Positions 17,939 through 28,131 of a DNA stretch of 64,000 bases are shown in pieces. This stretch comes from Candidatus Pacearchaeota archaeon (GTDB taxonomy: Archaea; Nanobdellota; Nanobdellia; Pacearchaeales; GW2011-AR1). A program made the position numbers and the translations under genes. Each line of letters opens with the position of its first letter. Position 1 is the first letter of the stretch. Below the pieces are notes generated by a model. The model was not told where the DNA came from and did not search any database. It saw nothing but the letters and a program-made list of their open reading frames with translations. The stretch spans positions 77,817 through 141,816 of the forward strand of contig JAFCEJ010000003.1 in NCBI GenBank assembly GCA_017609175.1, in the 5' to 3' direction.

Positions 17939-18571
17939 ATGATGGAATTGAAAGAACAATTAAAGAAAGCTTTAGAAGAATTAAGGAAAACTAATAAACG
18001 GAAGTTTATTCAAACAGTTGATTTAATTATAAATTTGCAGAAATTTGATGCTCGAAAAGATTCTGTAAATATTTTTGTTTCTGTGCCGCATAAAATTAAG
18101 GATAAAAAAGTCTGTGCATTTTTGGAGGTTAAAAATAATAATGTTGAAACAATCACAAAAGAAGAATTCAAAAGATATTCTGACAAAAAAGAATTGAAAA
18201 AGTTGGTTAAAAAATTTGATTTTTTTATTTCTCAGGCAAGTCTGATGCCTGCAGTTGCTACTACTTTTGGTAGAGTATTAGGGCCTGCAGGAAAAATGCC
18301 ATCGCCACAATTAGGGATCTTACCAAACCCTGATGAGAAATCTATAAAAGAAATAATACAAAAAATAAACTCTTCTGTAAAAATAAGGACAAAAGAGCCT
18401 AGCATAAAAATTGCTATTGGTAAAGAGAATATGAAAGATGAGGAAATAATTGAGAATATTATAACAGTTTATAATGCTGTTCTTAAGAACCTCCCAAGGA
18501 ATAAAGAGAATATAAAAAATATTGAAATAAAATTCACTATGACTAAACCACAAAAAATAAAATTGAATTAA
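17939..18571 (+). CDS. rpl1: 50S ribosomal protein L1 (uL1)
   Basis: It has an L1 fold signature and forms the L1-L10-L12 operon. Confidence 0.9.
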   Translation: MMELKEQLKKALEELRKTNKRKFIQTVDLIINLQKFDARKDSVNIFVSVPHKIKDKKVCAFLEVKNNNVETITKEEFKRYSDKKELKKLVKKFDFFISQASLMPAVATTFGRVLGPAGKMPSPQLGILPNPDEKSIKEIIQKINSSVKIRTKEPSIKIAIGKENMKDEEIIENIITVYNAVLKNLPRNKENIKNIEIKFTMTKPQKIKLN

Positions 18572-18572
18572 A

Positions 18573-19568
18573 ATGGCTGACAATAAAAGACAAATACCTG
18601 AAAAAAAATTGAAGGCGGTTGAAGAGCTGAAAAACTTACTTAAAACTAAAAAGACAATCTTAATTGCATCTATAAAAAATCTTCCAGCATCTCAATTTCA
18701 GGAAATCGGCAAAAAATTAAGGGGAAAAGCCATTATTAAAGTTCCAAAAAAAAGTATTATAATAAGAGCAATAGATTCTGTTGATGATAACGAGGTTGAA
18801 AAGATTAAAGAAAAAATTGATAGAGATATTGCAATTTTATTTTCTGATTTAGATTGTTTTGAACTAGCTAGCGAGTTAATTAATAATAAAAGTCCTGCAA
18901 AAGCAAAGGCAGGACAAGAAGCTCCAGAAGACATTGTTATAGAAAAGGGGCCAACGGATTTAATGCCTGGTCCTGCAGTAGGTGAATTGGGTGCTTTAGG
19001 AATTCCAATTGCTATTGAGAATGGTAAAATTAGTATTAAGAAAGCAAAAACTATTGTAAAAAAAGGAGAAAAGATTACAGATAGTGCTGCAGATATTATG
19101 AGTAAATTGGATATTAAACCTTTTATGGTTGGTTTTGAGCCAATTATAGCATTTGATACAAAAGAAAATAAATTATATAGTGAGATTAAGATTGATAAAG
19201 AAGGAACTGTAAAAGAATTAAAAACAATGTTTGGAAAAGCATTACCATTTGCTGTTGAAATTGGTTATGTTTGTGAAGATACAATTAAATTTTTGATTAG
19301 TAAGGCAGGAGCTCATGAAAAAGCATTGAATAAATTAATCGGTGAAAAGAAAAAAGAAGATAAGGAAGGAACAAATGAAAGTCATCAAGATAATTTAGAA
19401 AATAAAGAAAGTATCAATGAAAACAAAGAAGAAAAAGAAAATTCTCAATCAGACACACAAAATTTAGAAAATTCTGGTGCCACAGAATCTAAAGAAACCG
19501 TCGTCCCTGCGCACGACGAAACAAAACAAGATTCTGATGGAATTAAATCTGAGGAGGAACAAAAATAA
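18573..19568 (+). CDS. rpl10: 50S ribosomal protein L10 (uL10/P0) with long polar C-terminal tail
   Basis: The N-terminal L10 domain is present. The tail is E/K/N/S-rich and ends ...SEEEQK without the usual GxxLFG terminus. Confidence 0.85.
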   Translation: MADNKRQIPEKKLKAVEELKNLLKTKKTILIASIKNLPASQFQEIGKKLRGKAIIKVPKKSIIIRAIDSVDDNEVEKIKEKIDRDIAILFSDLDCFELASELINNKSPAKAKAGQEAPEDIVIEKGPTDLMPGPAVGELGALGIPIAIENGKISIKKAKTIVKKGEKITDSAADIMSKLDIKPFMVGFEPIIAFDTKENKLYSEIKIDKEGTVKELKTMFGKALPFAVEIGYVCEDTIKFLISKAGAHEKALNKLIGEKKKEDKEGTNESHQDNLENKESINENKEEKENSQSDTQNLENSGATESKETVVPAHDETKQDSDGIKSEEEQK

Positions 19569-19569
19569 A

Positions 19570-19869
19570 ATGGAATACGTATATGCAGCACTTTTGTTGC
19601 ATAAGTTAGGCAAAGAAGTGAATGAAGAAAATCTAAAGAAAGTTATTGCAGCTACTGGTGTAGAGACAGATGATTCAAAAATTAAGTCTCTCGTTGCCAG
19701 TTTGAAAGGTGTTGACATTGATAAAGAACTTGAAAGTGCAAGTTTAGTTGCAGCAGCTCCTGCAGGTGAAAGTGCCGCAGAGGGTGCAGCTGAAGAGAAA
19801 AAAGCAGAAAAGCCAAAAGAAGAAAAGAAAGAAGCTGCAGCTGAAGGTTTGTCGGCATTATTTGGTTAA
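19570..19869 (+). CDS. rpl12: 50S ribosomal stalk protein P1 (aL12)
   Basis: [11 protein letters not shown]... with a hinge [18 protein letters not shown] and the terminus GLSALFG. The start was moved from the tracked 19477 to the ATG at 19570. Confidence 0.85.
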   Translation: MEYVYAALLLHKLGKEVNEENLKKVIAATGVETDDSKIKSLVASLKGVDIDKELESASLVAAAPAGESAAEGAAEEKKAEKPKEEKKEAAAEGLSALFG

Positions 19870-19957
19870 TTTATTATTTATTATCTGCTGGCAAACCACA
19901 AAATTTTTCTAGTTTGAACAAGAAAATTTAAAAGCAATAAAATATGATAAAAGATAT

Positions 19958-20038
19958 GCCTCCGTCGCATAATGGTAGTGCACCGGCCTTGAGAGCCGGG
20001 CCCTTACGGGCATCCAGGTTCGATTCCTGGCGGGGGCG
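19958..20038 (+). tRNA. tRNA-Ser (anticodon TGA), class II with long variable arm
   Basis: Acceptor GCCTCCG/CGGGGGC. Anticodon stem CCGGC/GCCGG with loop CTTGAGA. Variable arm GCCC-TTAC-GGGC. T-arm CCAGG-TTCGATT-CCTGG. Confidence 0.8.
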
Positions 20039-20075
20039 TTTTAATCATTAAAATTAAAAAGAGGTTTAAAAAAAT

Positions 20076-20660
20076 ATGAGGAAGGAGTTAAGATTACCAA
20101 CAATATTTGTTTATTTATTCTTGATAGGATTATTAATCTATTTTATTTTCTTAAAAAATTACGAGTTTATTAGTTATGCTATTGTAGTTGGTATCCTTTA
20201 TTATGTTATCTTATGTGCAGATGATTATTATAATTTTCCAGCATATTCAATTTGGCTTTTTGGTATTTGGATTGTATCTCATATGTTTGGCGGTTTAATA
20301 TATCTTAAAGAAACAAGACTTTATGATATTGTTTTAATCCCAATTATAAATGGGGGAGGAGAATTAATTATTTTAAAATATGATCAACTTATTCATACAT
20401 ATTGTTATATGGTTTTTGCGATTTTAGTGTATTTTGCAATGAAAAAACATTTTAAAGAAGGTCAAATAAAGGCACTAATATTATTTACAATTCTTGCTAC
20501 AATTGGGATTGGTCTTTTAAATGAAATAATTGAATTTGGGATGGTTATATTTGCTGATGCTGCAGAGGCGGTTGGAGGATATTACAATACCGCATTAGAT
20601 TTGGTTTTTAATCTTCTTGGGGCAATAATTGGTTCAATCCTAGCATGGAAACTTGATTAG
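20076..20660 (+). CDS. Polytopic membrane protein
   Basis: It is 194 aa with 5-6 TM. Confidence 0.5.
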   Translation: MRKELRLPTIFVYLFLIGLLIYFIFLKNYEFISYAIVVGILYYVILCADDYYNFPAYSIWLFGIWIVSHMFGGLIYLKETRLYDIVLIPIINGGGELIILKYDQLIHTYCYMVFAILVYFAMKKHFKEGQIKALILFTILATIGIGLLNEIIEFGMVIFADAAEAVGGYYNTALDLVFNLLGAIIGSILAWKLD

Positions 20661-20664
20661 AATT

Positions 20665-20946
20665 TTATCGGAATAAACTTTCAAACAATTTTTTCCAAAA
20701 AGGTTTCTTTATTGTAATAGGATTATTATGCTCATCAATAATTTCATATCTTATTGTTGGTTTTTCTTTTAATTTAGGGATTTGTTCTGCGAGCTCTTTG
20801 TTTGCAACATCAATTGCTTTTAAGATTAAAGAACGAGAATAACCTTGATTTATCAGAGCCCATTTTAAAGAATCAATAGTATAACCCTTCGAAAGATTTT
20901 TTTTAATATAATCTACAATCTGCCTTAAAGAACCTACTGTCTCCAT
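20665..20946 (-). CDS. Hypothetical protein
   Basis: It is a 93 aa ORF. Confidence 0.35.
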   Translation of the reverse strand: METVGSLRQIVDYIKKNLSKGYTIDSLKWALINQGYSRSLILKAIDVANKELAEQIPKLKEKPTIRYEIIDEHNNPITIKKPFWKKLFESLFR

Positions 20947-21038
20947 AAATTTAGCAAAAAAAAGAGATTTAAATTATTTATTGTCTTAAAATTATATCTT
21001 CTTCAATAATTTTTGGATAAAAAATTTATTTTCTAAAG

Positions 21039-22517
21039 CTATTTTATTTTAATAGGTTTTTCTCTTTGATAAAATGCTACTGCTTGATTTAATCTTGCTC
21101 GACTTTCAGAATAGATTGTAAGAACTTTATCGCCTTTTTTGAGTTTGTCATTAACATGATAATGAAGATACAACCCAGCTGTTTTATCGACAGGACATCC
21201 AGCAATTCTTGCTAGAGAATTTATTTTTTTATTGTTTATTTCTGAAATTTTCCCAGATTTTTTTGCGTGAACACATTTTTTGTATTTTGCTAATTTAATC
21301 TTTTCAAAATTGATATTTCCTTTTTGTATTTTGATTATTTGCTTAAATTTTTCAAAAGCCTTCCCGGAATTAAGGATTTCTCTTGCCAGCTCCCCACCTT
21401 TTCCTTTTTTTGCTTTTCCTGTCATTTCTAAGATTTCTCCTGAAAGAAATATTGACTTTTCTTCTAAATCTTTTGGACCTTGTTTTTGAGGATTCAAAAT
21501 ATTTATTACGTCAATTAATTCTAAAATAGGGCCAACACCATTTCCAATTGGCTGGCGTCCGTCGGTTAAAACAACTTTTAATTTTCTATGAAAATATCTC
21601 CCCAGTTTAGCAAAATCTTTTTTTAATTCCAATGCCCTTTTTTTTCCGACTTTTGCAGATTTTCCATAAGGGATATCAATTAAAATATATTTGCTTCCAA
21701 CTGCGAGTTTTTTTGACATTATTGATGCGAGCAACTGGGATTTTGGGTCTATTTTCAATAATTTTTCAACTTTGATTATTTTACTATCTGCAGGAACCAT
21801 TCCCAACCCCCCTCCCCATACCATACACGCACCTATTTTTTTTACTATTTTTTCTAAATCTTTTGCAGAAAAATCAACTTTTGCTATAGCCTCGATTACA
21901 TCTGCTGTTCCTGCTGCACTTGTTATAGCTCTTGAAGAAGTCTTTGGCATTGTTAATCCTGCAGCAGCGCATATTGAAACAACAATAGGGGTTGTTCGAT
22001 TTCCTGCAACACCCCCAATAGAATGTTTATCTACAACAAATTTATTTCTTAAATGCAATCTGTTCCCTGTTTCAAGAATTGCTTTAGTCAAATAGATAAT
22101 TTCCTTTATGGTCATTCCATATTTATGCATTGCAGAAACAAACATCGCAATCTCTGATTCTGAGATAGCATTATTAACAATATCTTTAATTATTTCTTTA
22201 ATCTCTTTTTCAGAAAGAGTTTTATTATTTAATTTCTTTTTTATAAAAATAAGACTTTTTGGAGGTTCTGTAATATTTACATCCACTTTTTGTCCATCCC
22301 TCAATTTTAACCTTTTTTTTAATTCTGATGAAACTGCAATTTCATTTTTCCCAACCAATGTTCCGATTGTATCAACAACAGTTAATATTTCTCTTGAAGA
22401 TGTTTTAATAGAAATTCTATCTCTTATATGAACACCAAGTTCCCCTGCAATTTCGTGATGCAACATTGCAACAGGCACGCCTGCGTGCCATTTTAGAAGC
22501 TTAACTTTTAACCTCAT
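21039..22517 (-). CDS. deoA: AMP phosphorylase (DeoA/thymidine phosphorylase family with N-terminal extension)
   Basis: It has the pyrimidine-nucleoside phosphorylase core (DKHSIGGVAGNRTTPIV). The extra N-terminal domain of about 85 aa is typical of archaeal AMP phosphorylase. Confidence 0.75.
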   Translation of the reverse strand: MRLKVKLLKWHAGVPVAMLHHEIAGELGVHIRDRISIKTSSREILTVVDTIGTLVGKNEIAVSSELKKRLKLRDGQKVDVNITEPPKSLIFIKKKLNNKTLSEKEIKEIIKDIVNNAISESEIAMFVSAMHKYGMTIKEIIYLTKAILETGNRLHLRNKFVVDKHSIGGVAGNRTTPIVVSICAAAGLTMPKTSSRAITSAAGTADVIEAIAKVDFSAKDLEKIVKKIGACMVWGGGLGMVPADSKIIKVEKLLKIDPKSQLLASIMSKKLAVGSKYILIDIPYGKSAKVGKKRALELKKDFAKLGRYFHRKLKVVLTDGRQPIGNGVGPILELIDVINILNPQKQGPKDLEEKSIFLSGEILEMTGKAKKGKGGELAREILNSGKAFEKFKQIIKIQKGNINFEKIKLAKYKKCVHAKKSGKISEINNKKINSLARIAGCPVDKTAGLYLHYHVNDKLKKGDKVLTIYSESRARLNQAVAFYQREKPIKIK

Positions 22518-22553
22518 TTTATATTATATGAAGAAAGAGATTTTTATATTTAA

Positions 22554-23591
22554 TCATTTAGTCTCTTCCTGAAGAAAAAATCCAGGGGTTTTCTTATTTC
22601 TATACAACTCTAAAATTACCAAAAGATATGCTAAGATAAGAGGCCCGAGAATTAATCCCACAACACCAAAAAAGAACAATCCACTTATCATTCCAATTAA
22701 TACTAATGCAGAATGCATCTTTGTTGCTTTTGATACTATAACCGGCCTAATAAAATTATCCACTGTGTTAGATAACAATCCAAAAATAGTCACACCAAAA
22801 GCAGGAATTGTATTTCCACCCATTAGCAAATAAATTACCACTGGCAACCAAACAATTGTTGTCCCGATTATTGGCATAACTCCTGCTAAAACTGCAAGCA
22901 ATAATAAAAGCAGTGCATTAGGAACACCAAAAATAAAAAATCCTATTCCGGTCAATATACCTTGAATCATACCAATAATAATTTGACCATAAATAACAGA
23001 ACTTGTTATTCCTTTTGTATATTCAAATAATTTCTTTTGAACATCCTTTGAGAATGGAAGTAAACTTTTAACATATTCTACCATCTCTTTCCCATCCCTC
23101 AAAACAAAGAAAAAAGTAAAAGAAACCACTAAAAATTGCAAAAACAATGTTGGAAAATTAATTAATAATTTGGAAAAAGCGTTCATCAACGAACTTGTTA
23201 TTTTAGTTATAAAAGAATGAATAATATTACCCATCTCACTTGAAAATTCTTGTGAAGATAAAAGTGAGGGAAATATTTTTTTAAGAGGGGTTATAAAATC
23301 TAATTGTTGTGATGCAAAATAAATTTTGATAGATTGCTCTATAATGATAGGTGTTAAAAACCAGAAAGGAATTACAATCAACAATATTAGAAAAATACAA
23401 ATTAAAATTGCTGAGATATTTTTAGATTTGGTAGTTTTATAGAGCCGGTTATATATTGGTGTAAAAATATATGCTAAAATAATTCCGACAATTATTGATA
23501 GAAGTATTGGTTTCAAAAGAAAAAAAGTCAGGACTATTAAAGTAGCGAGTATAATCAATGTTGTAACTTTTTTAAAATAAACCTCTTCCAT
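22554..23591 (-). CDS. AI-2E family transporter (UPF0118/PerM-like)
   Basis: It has 8 TM. The family pattern shows a G-rich C-terminal half (LGPLILAYLLVILE). Confidence 0.75.
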   Translation of the reverse strand: MEEVYFKKVTTLIILATLIVLTFFLLKPILLSIIVGIILAYIFTPIYNRLYKTTKSKNISAILICIFLILLIVIPFWFLTPIIIEQSIKIYFASQQLDFITPLKKIFPSLLSSQEFSSEMGNIIHSFITKITSSLMNAFSKLLINFPTLFLQFLVVSFTFFFVLRDGKEMVEYVKSLLPFSKDVQKKLFEYTKGITSSVIYGQIIIGMIQGILTGIGFFIFGVPNALLLLLLAVLAGVMPIIGTTIVWLPVVIYLLMGGNTIPAFGVTIFGLLSNTVDNFIRPVIVSKATKMHSALVLIGMISGLFFFGVVGLILGPLILAYLLVILELYRNKKTPGFFLQEETK

Positions 23592-23689
23592 CTTGAAAAT
23601 TAAATTTAATCACCTCTAAATTAAAAAGAGGTTTAAATTTATAAAGGTTTGTAAGAAAAATTTATAAGGGAAATTTGAGATGATAAGAT

Positions 23690-24403
23690 ATGAATTTTAT
23701 AAAAAAGATTTTTGATGGAGAAATTGGAGAAGATATTCATTTACAATTTCAAAAATTCAGCAAAGGAGAGTTTAGGGACAAAGCATTAATTAAGGCAAAA
23801 AAAACAAAAGAGAAATTTACAATAAATACTTCTGCTGAATTCGCAAATGAAATGGTTAGAAAGGTTGCTGAAAAATTAGGAGAAGATAAAACAAGAATAA
23901 CCGGTGCAATCATCTCTACAAGAAATTTGAAAGAGGAACCGATTTTTCGAGATATCCTAGCCAATTCAGAAGTTAAACAATTTCAGGGAGTAAGAAGATT
24001 CATCATCAATACTGAAATGAGTGGAAAAGACATAATCAAATTCTTAGATGAATGCCCAAAAGCATTTTTTGCATTAAGTTTTGATGCAGGAGATTCCAAA
24101 TTAAAAATCAAACCAAAAGCTCCAAAGTCTGGAAAACCTGGAAAAGGTGATGATAAACCAAAAGTTGATTTTTGCAAACTTATTACAACAGACGCTGGGT
24201 GGGGGAGAAGTTTTGTATTTGAAAAACCAGATTTTGATAATGCTGAAATAAACCATACTTTTCTCATTACAGAACTAATTTATCCTGAAGGTGAGAAGGA
24301 TTTTGCAAGAATTCGGGAACTTGCAAAAAGAAAAGGCAAGATAATCCGAGAAGCTAAAATCGACGGACAAATTATTAAAACTGAAAAGGAATTTGTTGCC
24401 TAA
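23690..24403 (+). CDS. Hypothetical protein
   Basis: It is a 237 aa soluble ORF with a low-complexity K/P/G linker (KPKAPKSGKPGKGDDKPK). Confidence 0.45.
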   Translation: MNFIKKIFDGEIGEDIHLQFQKFSKGEFRDKALIKAKKTKEKFTINTSAEFANEMVRKVAEKLGEDKTRITGAIISTRNLKEEPIFRDILANSEVKQFQGVRRFIINTEMSGKDIIKFLDECPKAFFALSFDAGDSKLKIKPKAPKSGKPGKGDDKPKVDFCKLITTDAGWGRSFVFEKPDFDNAEINHTFLITELIYPEGEKDFARIRELAKRKGKIIREAKIDGQIIKTEKEFVA

Positions 24404-24420
24404 AACACTTTCCGAAACCC

Positions 24421-24428
24421 TTTTAAAT
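24421..24428 (+). promoter_or_regulatory. TATA-box candidate for the ribosomal protein super-operon
   Basis: ttttaaat lies about 65 nt upstream of the L3 start. This is the only sizeable intergenic gap upstream of the operon. Confidence 0.25.
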
Positions 24429-24490
24429 CAAGATTTTCTCCATATTTTATTCCAGAGTAGAAAATAAAATGTTATCCGCTATAATTAGAA

Positions 24491-25429
24491 ATGCCTACGA
24501 AAAGATCGCCAAGAAAAGGAAGTTTGCAGTTTTGGCCAAGAAAAAGGGCCAAGAAGTTTTTGCCTAGAGTAAACTGGGATGCAATTAAATCTAATTCTAA
24601 GAACATTAAAGGTTTTATCTGTTATAAAGCTGGAATGAAATCTGCGATTGTAAAAGATAACACACCCGATTCTATGACAAAAGGAAAAAGAATTGTCGTT
24701 CCTGTAACAATTTTAGAATGTCCGCCTATGAAAATTTTCTCTGTCAGATTTTATAAAAATGGGAAAGTTATGAAAGATATCTTAGCCGAAAATTTAGATA
24801 AAGAACTTAAAAGAAAGGTTAAAATCCCAAAAACAAAGAAAGGAAAATTAGAAGATGTCAAAGAATTTGAAGACATTAAAGTTATATTCTATTCAGTAGT
24901 CAAAAAGAGTAATTTGAAAAAAACTCCTGATTTAAGTGAAATTGGGCTTGTTGGAAGTATCGAAGAGAAATTAAATTGGGTCAAAGAGAATTTGAACAAA
25001 GAAATCTCTGTATTAGATGTTTTTGAAAAAGGACAATTAATTGATTTAAGAGGTTTAACAAAAGGGAAAGGCTTACAGGGCCCTGTTAAAAGATTTGGAA
25101 TAGGGCTTAAAGCCCATAAATCAGAAAAGGGTCAGAGAAGGCCAGGAAGTTTAGGTCCGTGGCACCCTGCCCGTGTTACATTCAGAGCACCGCAAGCAGG
25201 ACAGCTTGGAATGTTCACAAGAGTCGTTTATAATAATAAAATAATAGATATGGGAAAACCAGAAGGAAAATTCAAAAATATAATTAATTTTGGTGATGTC
25301 AAAACAGATTATATAATTGTTAGAGGCTCTGTACAAGGGCCTGCAAAAAGACAATTAATAATTACTGCTCCCCTAAGAGAAACTAAAAGACAGAGTAAGA
25401 AAAATTTTGAATTAATTGAGATCAAATGA
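24491..25429 (+). CDS. rpl3: 50S ribosomal protein L3 (uL3)
   Basis: Its N-terminus is MPTKRSPRKGSLQFWPRKRA. It is the first gene of the operon. Confidence 0.9.
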   Translation: MPTKRSPRKGSLQFWPRKRAKKFLPRVNWDAIKSNSKNIKGFICYKAGMKSAIVKDNTPDSMTKGKRIVVPVTILECPPMKIFSVRFYKNGKVMKDILAENLDKELKRKVKIPKTKKGKLEDVKEFEDIKVIFYSVVKKSNLKKTPDLSEIGLVGSIEEKLNWVKENLNKEISVLDVFEKGQLIDLRGLTKGKGLQGPVKRFGIGLKAHKSEKGQRRPGSLGPWHPARVTFRAPQAGQLGMFTRVVYNNKIIDMGKPEGKFKNIINFGDVKTDYIIVRGSVQGPAKRQLIITAPLRETKRQSKKNFELIEIK

Positions 25430-26220
25430 AAGCAAAAGTATTAGATATAAATGGAAAGAAAGTAAAAGAAATTGAATTGCCTAAATGTTTTTCTGGAAAA
25501 ATTAGAGAAGATTTAATTTTCAAAGTTTTGGAAACACAAAAGACAAAACAACCTTATGCTCCATCTCCTGTTGCAGGAAAACAACATTCTGCCAGTGGAA
25601 AAATAGTTCATAGAAGACATGTTTGGAAATCGAGTTATGGAAGAGGCATGTCAAGAATACCAAGAAAAATGATGTTAAAAAGAGGTTCTCAATTTAATTG
25701 GACTGGAGCAACAGTTCCTTCAGCAGTCGGAGGTAGAAGAGCGCATCCTCCAAAAATCCTTGGAATGATTAATACTAAAAAAATAAATAAAAAAGAAAAA
25801 AAGATTGCAATTATATCTGCATTAAGTGCCACTGTCGACGGAAAATTAATTGCAAAAAGATATAAAAGATTAAAAGACAAAAAAATTGATGGGTTACCTT
25901 TTATTGTTGAAAGTAAATTTACTCGATTGAAAACAAAACAACTTATCGAAAGTTTAAAGAAAATTCTTGGAGATTTATTTGAAATTGCTCTTCAAAAGAA
26001 AAGTGTTAGGGCAGGCAAAGGAAAAGCAAGAGGAAGAAAATACAAAAAGAACGCAGGTGTTTTAATTGTCATTGGAAAAGATGAGAAATTAAAAATAAAG
26101 GGTGTTGAAGTTGTTCAAACAAATTCTCTTGGAGTTGCAGACCTTGCAAAGGGTGAGCCAGGACGATTAACAATTTATACTGAACAAGCAATTAAAGAAT
26201 TAGGAGAAAAATACAAATGA
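25426..26220 (+). CDS. rpl4: 50S ribosomal protein L4 (uL4)
   Basis: Assigned from its position and family pattern. Confidence 0.85.
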   Translation: MKAKVLDINGKKVKEIELPKCFSGKIREDLIFKVLETQKTKQPYAPSPVAGKQHSASGKIVHRRHVWKSSYGRGMSRIPRKMMLKRGSQFNWTGATVPSAVGGRRAHPPKILGMINTKKINKKEKKIAIISALSATVDGKLIAKRYKRLKDKKIDGLPFIVESKFTRLKTKQLIESLKKILGDLFEIALQKKSVRAGKGKARGRKYKKNAGVLIVIGKDEKLKIKGVEVVQTNSLGVADLAKGEPGRLTIYTEQAIKELGEKYK

Positions 26221-26453
26221 AACCGATAGTTACTGAAAAGGCTGTTATGTTGATTGAAACTCAAAATATCTTAGTATTTGAATTAGATAAAAGAATGTCA
26301 AAAACAGAAATTAAAAAAGAAATTGAAGAAATGTTTGAAGTTAAAGTTGATAAAATAAATACTCTAATTAGAAATAACAAAAAATATGCTTATGTAAAAC
26401 TAAAACAAGATTATCCTGCGATTGATGTCGCAACAAAACTTGGGTTAATTTAA
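26217..26453 (+). CDS. rpl23: 50S ribosomal protein L23 (uL23)
   Basis: Assigned from its position and size (78 aa). Confidence 0.85.
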   Translation: MKPIVTEKAVMLIETQNILVFELDKRMSKTEIKKEIEEMFEVKVDKINTLIRNNKKYAYVKLKQDYPAIDVATKLGLI

Positions 26454-26454
26454 A

Positions 26455-27156
26455 ATGGGTAAAAGAATAATTCAACAAGCGCGTGGAAAAGGAAGCCTTA
26501 CTTATAGGGTCAGAAAAAAGGCTTTTGTTTATCAAATGAAATATCCTAAAAATTTGAATGGAGAAGGGGAAGTGATTAAATTATTAAATTCATCTGCACA
26601 TTCTTATCCCATAGCAAAAATTAAATATTCTGGAGGAAGTTTTTATATGCCTGCTTTTGTAGGGATGGCTGAAGGACAGAAAATTGAATTCAATGGAAAT
26701 AAAATTGAATTTGGGAATATAACTGCATTAAAAAATATCCCTGTTAAGACCCAAATCTATAATATTGAATCGCGACCATTTGACGGTGGAAAATTTGTTC
26801 GTTCGGGAGGAAGTTCTGCAACAGTAAGCAGAGTTGTTGGTGAAAGTATTTTTGTTATGATGCCTTCAAAGAAAGAAAAGAAATTTCATCCAGATTGCAG
26901 GGCAACAATAGGCACAATTGCCGGAGCAGGAAGATTAGATAAACCATTTGTTAAAGCAGGAAAAAAATATCATCTTAAAAAAGCTAAAAGTAAATTATGG
27001 CCCCGAACATCTGCAGTAAAGATGAATGCAATTGACCACCCATTTGGTTCTGGTAGGGGAAAGAATCCGAAAAGCAAAATTGCAAAAAGGAATGCGCCTC
27101 CAGGAGCAAAGGTTGGTTTATTAAGGCCAAGAAGAACTGGTAAAAAGAAACGTTAA
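26455..27156 (+). CDS. rpl2: 50S ribosomal protein L2 (uL2)
   Basis: [13 protein letters not shown]... with a basic C-terminus. Confidence 0.9.
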   Translation: MGKRIIQQARGKGSLTYRVRKKAFVYQMKYPKNLNGEGEVIKLLNSSAHSYPIAKIKYSGGSFYMPAFVGMAEGQKIEFNGNKIEFGNITALKNIPVKTQIYNIESRPFDGGKFVRSGGSSATVSRVVGESIFVMMPSKKEKKFHPDCRATIGTIAGAGRLDKPFVKAGKKYHLKKAKSKLWPRTSAVKMNAIDHPFGSGRGKNPKSKIAKRNAPPGAKVGLLRPRRTGKKKR

Positions 27157-27157
27157 A

Positions 27158-27547
27158 ATGACAAAAAAAGAATTTACTTATCGTGGGAAAACATTGGAAG
27201 AATTAAAAAAATTAGATGTCAGAGAATTTGCAAAATTAGTAAGGTCAAGGGAGAGAAGAACAATTCTTAGACAATTCAATGAAATTGAAAGATTTGTAAA
27301 CAGAGCTAAAATAAAATTATCAAGAAATAAACAGATTAAAACCCATTCAAGAGATTTGGTAATTGTTCCTCAAATGGTTGGAATGAAAATTGGAGTTTAT
27401 AATGGTAAAACGTTTGTTCCTGTGGAAATAGTTGGTGAGATGCTTGGACATCGACTCGGAGAATTTGCTCCGTCAAGAGGAAGGGTACAGCATGGTAAGG
27501 CAGGTGTTGGAGCAACAAAAGGAACAAGAGCTAAATCAAAGAAATAA
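27158..27547 (+). CDS. rps19: 30S ribosomal protein S19 (uS19)
   Basis: Assigned from its position and pattern ([13 protein letters not shown]). Confidence 0.85.
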   Translation: MTKKEFTYRGKTLEELKKLDVREFAKLVRSRERRTILRQFNEIERFVNRAKIKLSRNKQIKTHSRDLVIVPQMVGMKIGVYNGKTFVPVEIVGEMLGHRLGEFAPSRGRVQHGKAGVGATKGTRAKSKK

Positions 27548-27548
27548 A

Positions 27549-28130
27549 ATGGCAAAAACTAATACTGAAAAACCAACAACAAAACAAGAAGCGAAAAAAC
27601 AAGGAGTAGTTAGCACTCCAAAACAAAAAGAAAATAAAATTATTGAAGAAAAAATAAAAAACGAAACTGGAAAAAAAGAAGATACACAAAAACCAAAAGA
27701 AGAATCAAAAAAACCAATCGTAAAAAAACCGATTAAGAAAAAAACAGAAGCGATTGTTAGGGGAAGGAGTTTACCGATTTCAACGAAACATTCAATTGCT
27801 ATTTGCAGATTTATTAAAGGAAAAAAGATTGGGGAGTGTATTAGTTATTTAGAACAAGTAGTAGTTGGAAAAAAAGCAATTCCAATGAAGGGAGAAATTC
27901 CGCATAGAAAAGGAAAAATGATGTCGGGAAGATTTCCAAAAAAAGCTTCTGAACAGTTTATTAAATTATTAAGGAGTTTGGGGGCAAATGCAAATGCTAA
28001 TAACTTAGAAGAGCCGATAATTTCAGAAGCAGTAGCAAATTTTGCTTCAAGACCTTATGGAAGATTTGGACGAACACAAAAGAAAAGAACTCATATTATA
28101 ATTAAATGCCGAGAAAGAAAAGGTAAGTAA
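27549..28130 (+). CDS. rpl22: 50S ribosomal protein L22 (uL22) with Lys-rich N-terminal extension
   Basis: The L22 core starts near residue 65. The start was moved from the tracked 27432 to the ATG at 27549, one nt after the S19 stop. Confidence 0.8.
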   Translation: MAKTNTEKPTTKQEAKKQGVVSTPKQKENKIIEEKIKNETGKKEDTQKPKEESKKPIVKKPIKKKTEAIVRGRSLPISTKHSIAICRFIKGKKIGECISYLEQVVVGKKAIPMKGEIPHRKGKMMSGRFPKKASEQFIKLLRSLGANANANNLEEPIISEAVANFASRPYGRFGRTQKKRTHIIIKCRERKGK

Positions 28131-28131
28131 A

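Noticed and set aside
19477-19569. An N-terminal extension of the P1 (aL12) ORF starting at 19477.
   Set aside because: It overlaps the 3' end of rpl10. The canonical P1 N-terminus [11 protein letters not shown] begins at the ATG at 19570.
21691-22431. Two ORFs (134 and 107 aa) antisense to the AMP phosphorylase gene.
   Set aside because: They are shadow ORFs inside a confidently called gene.
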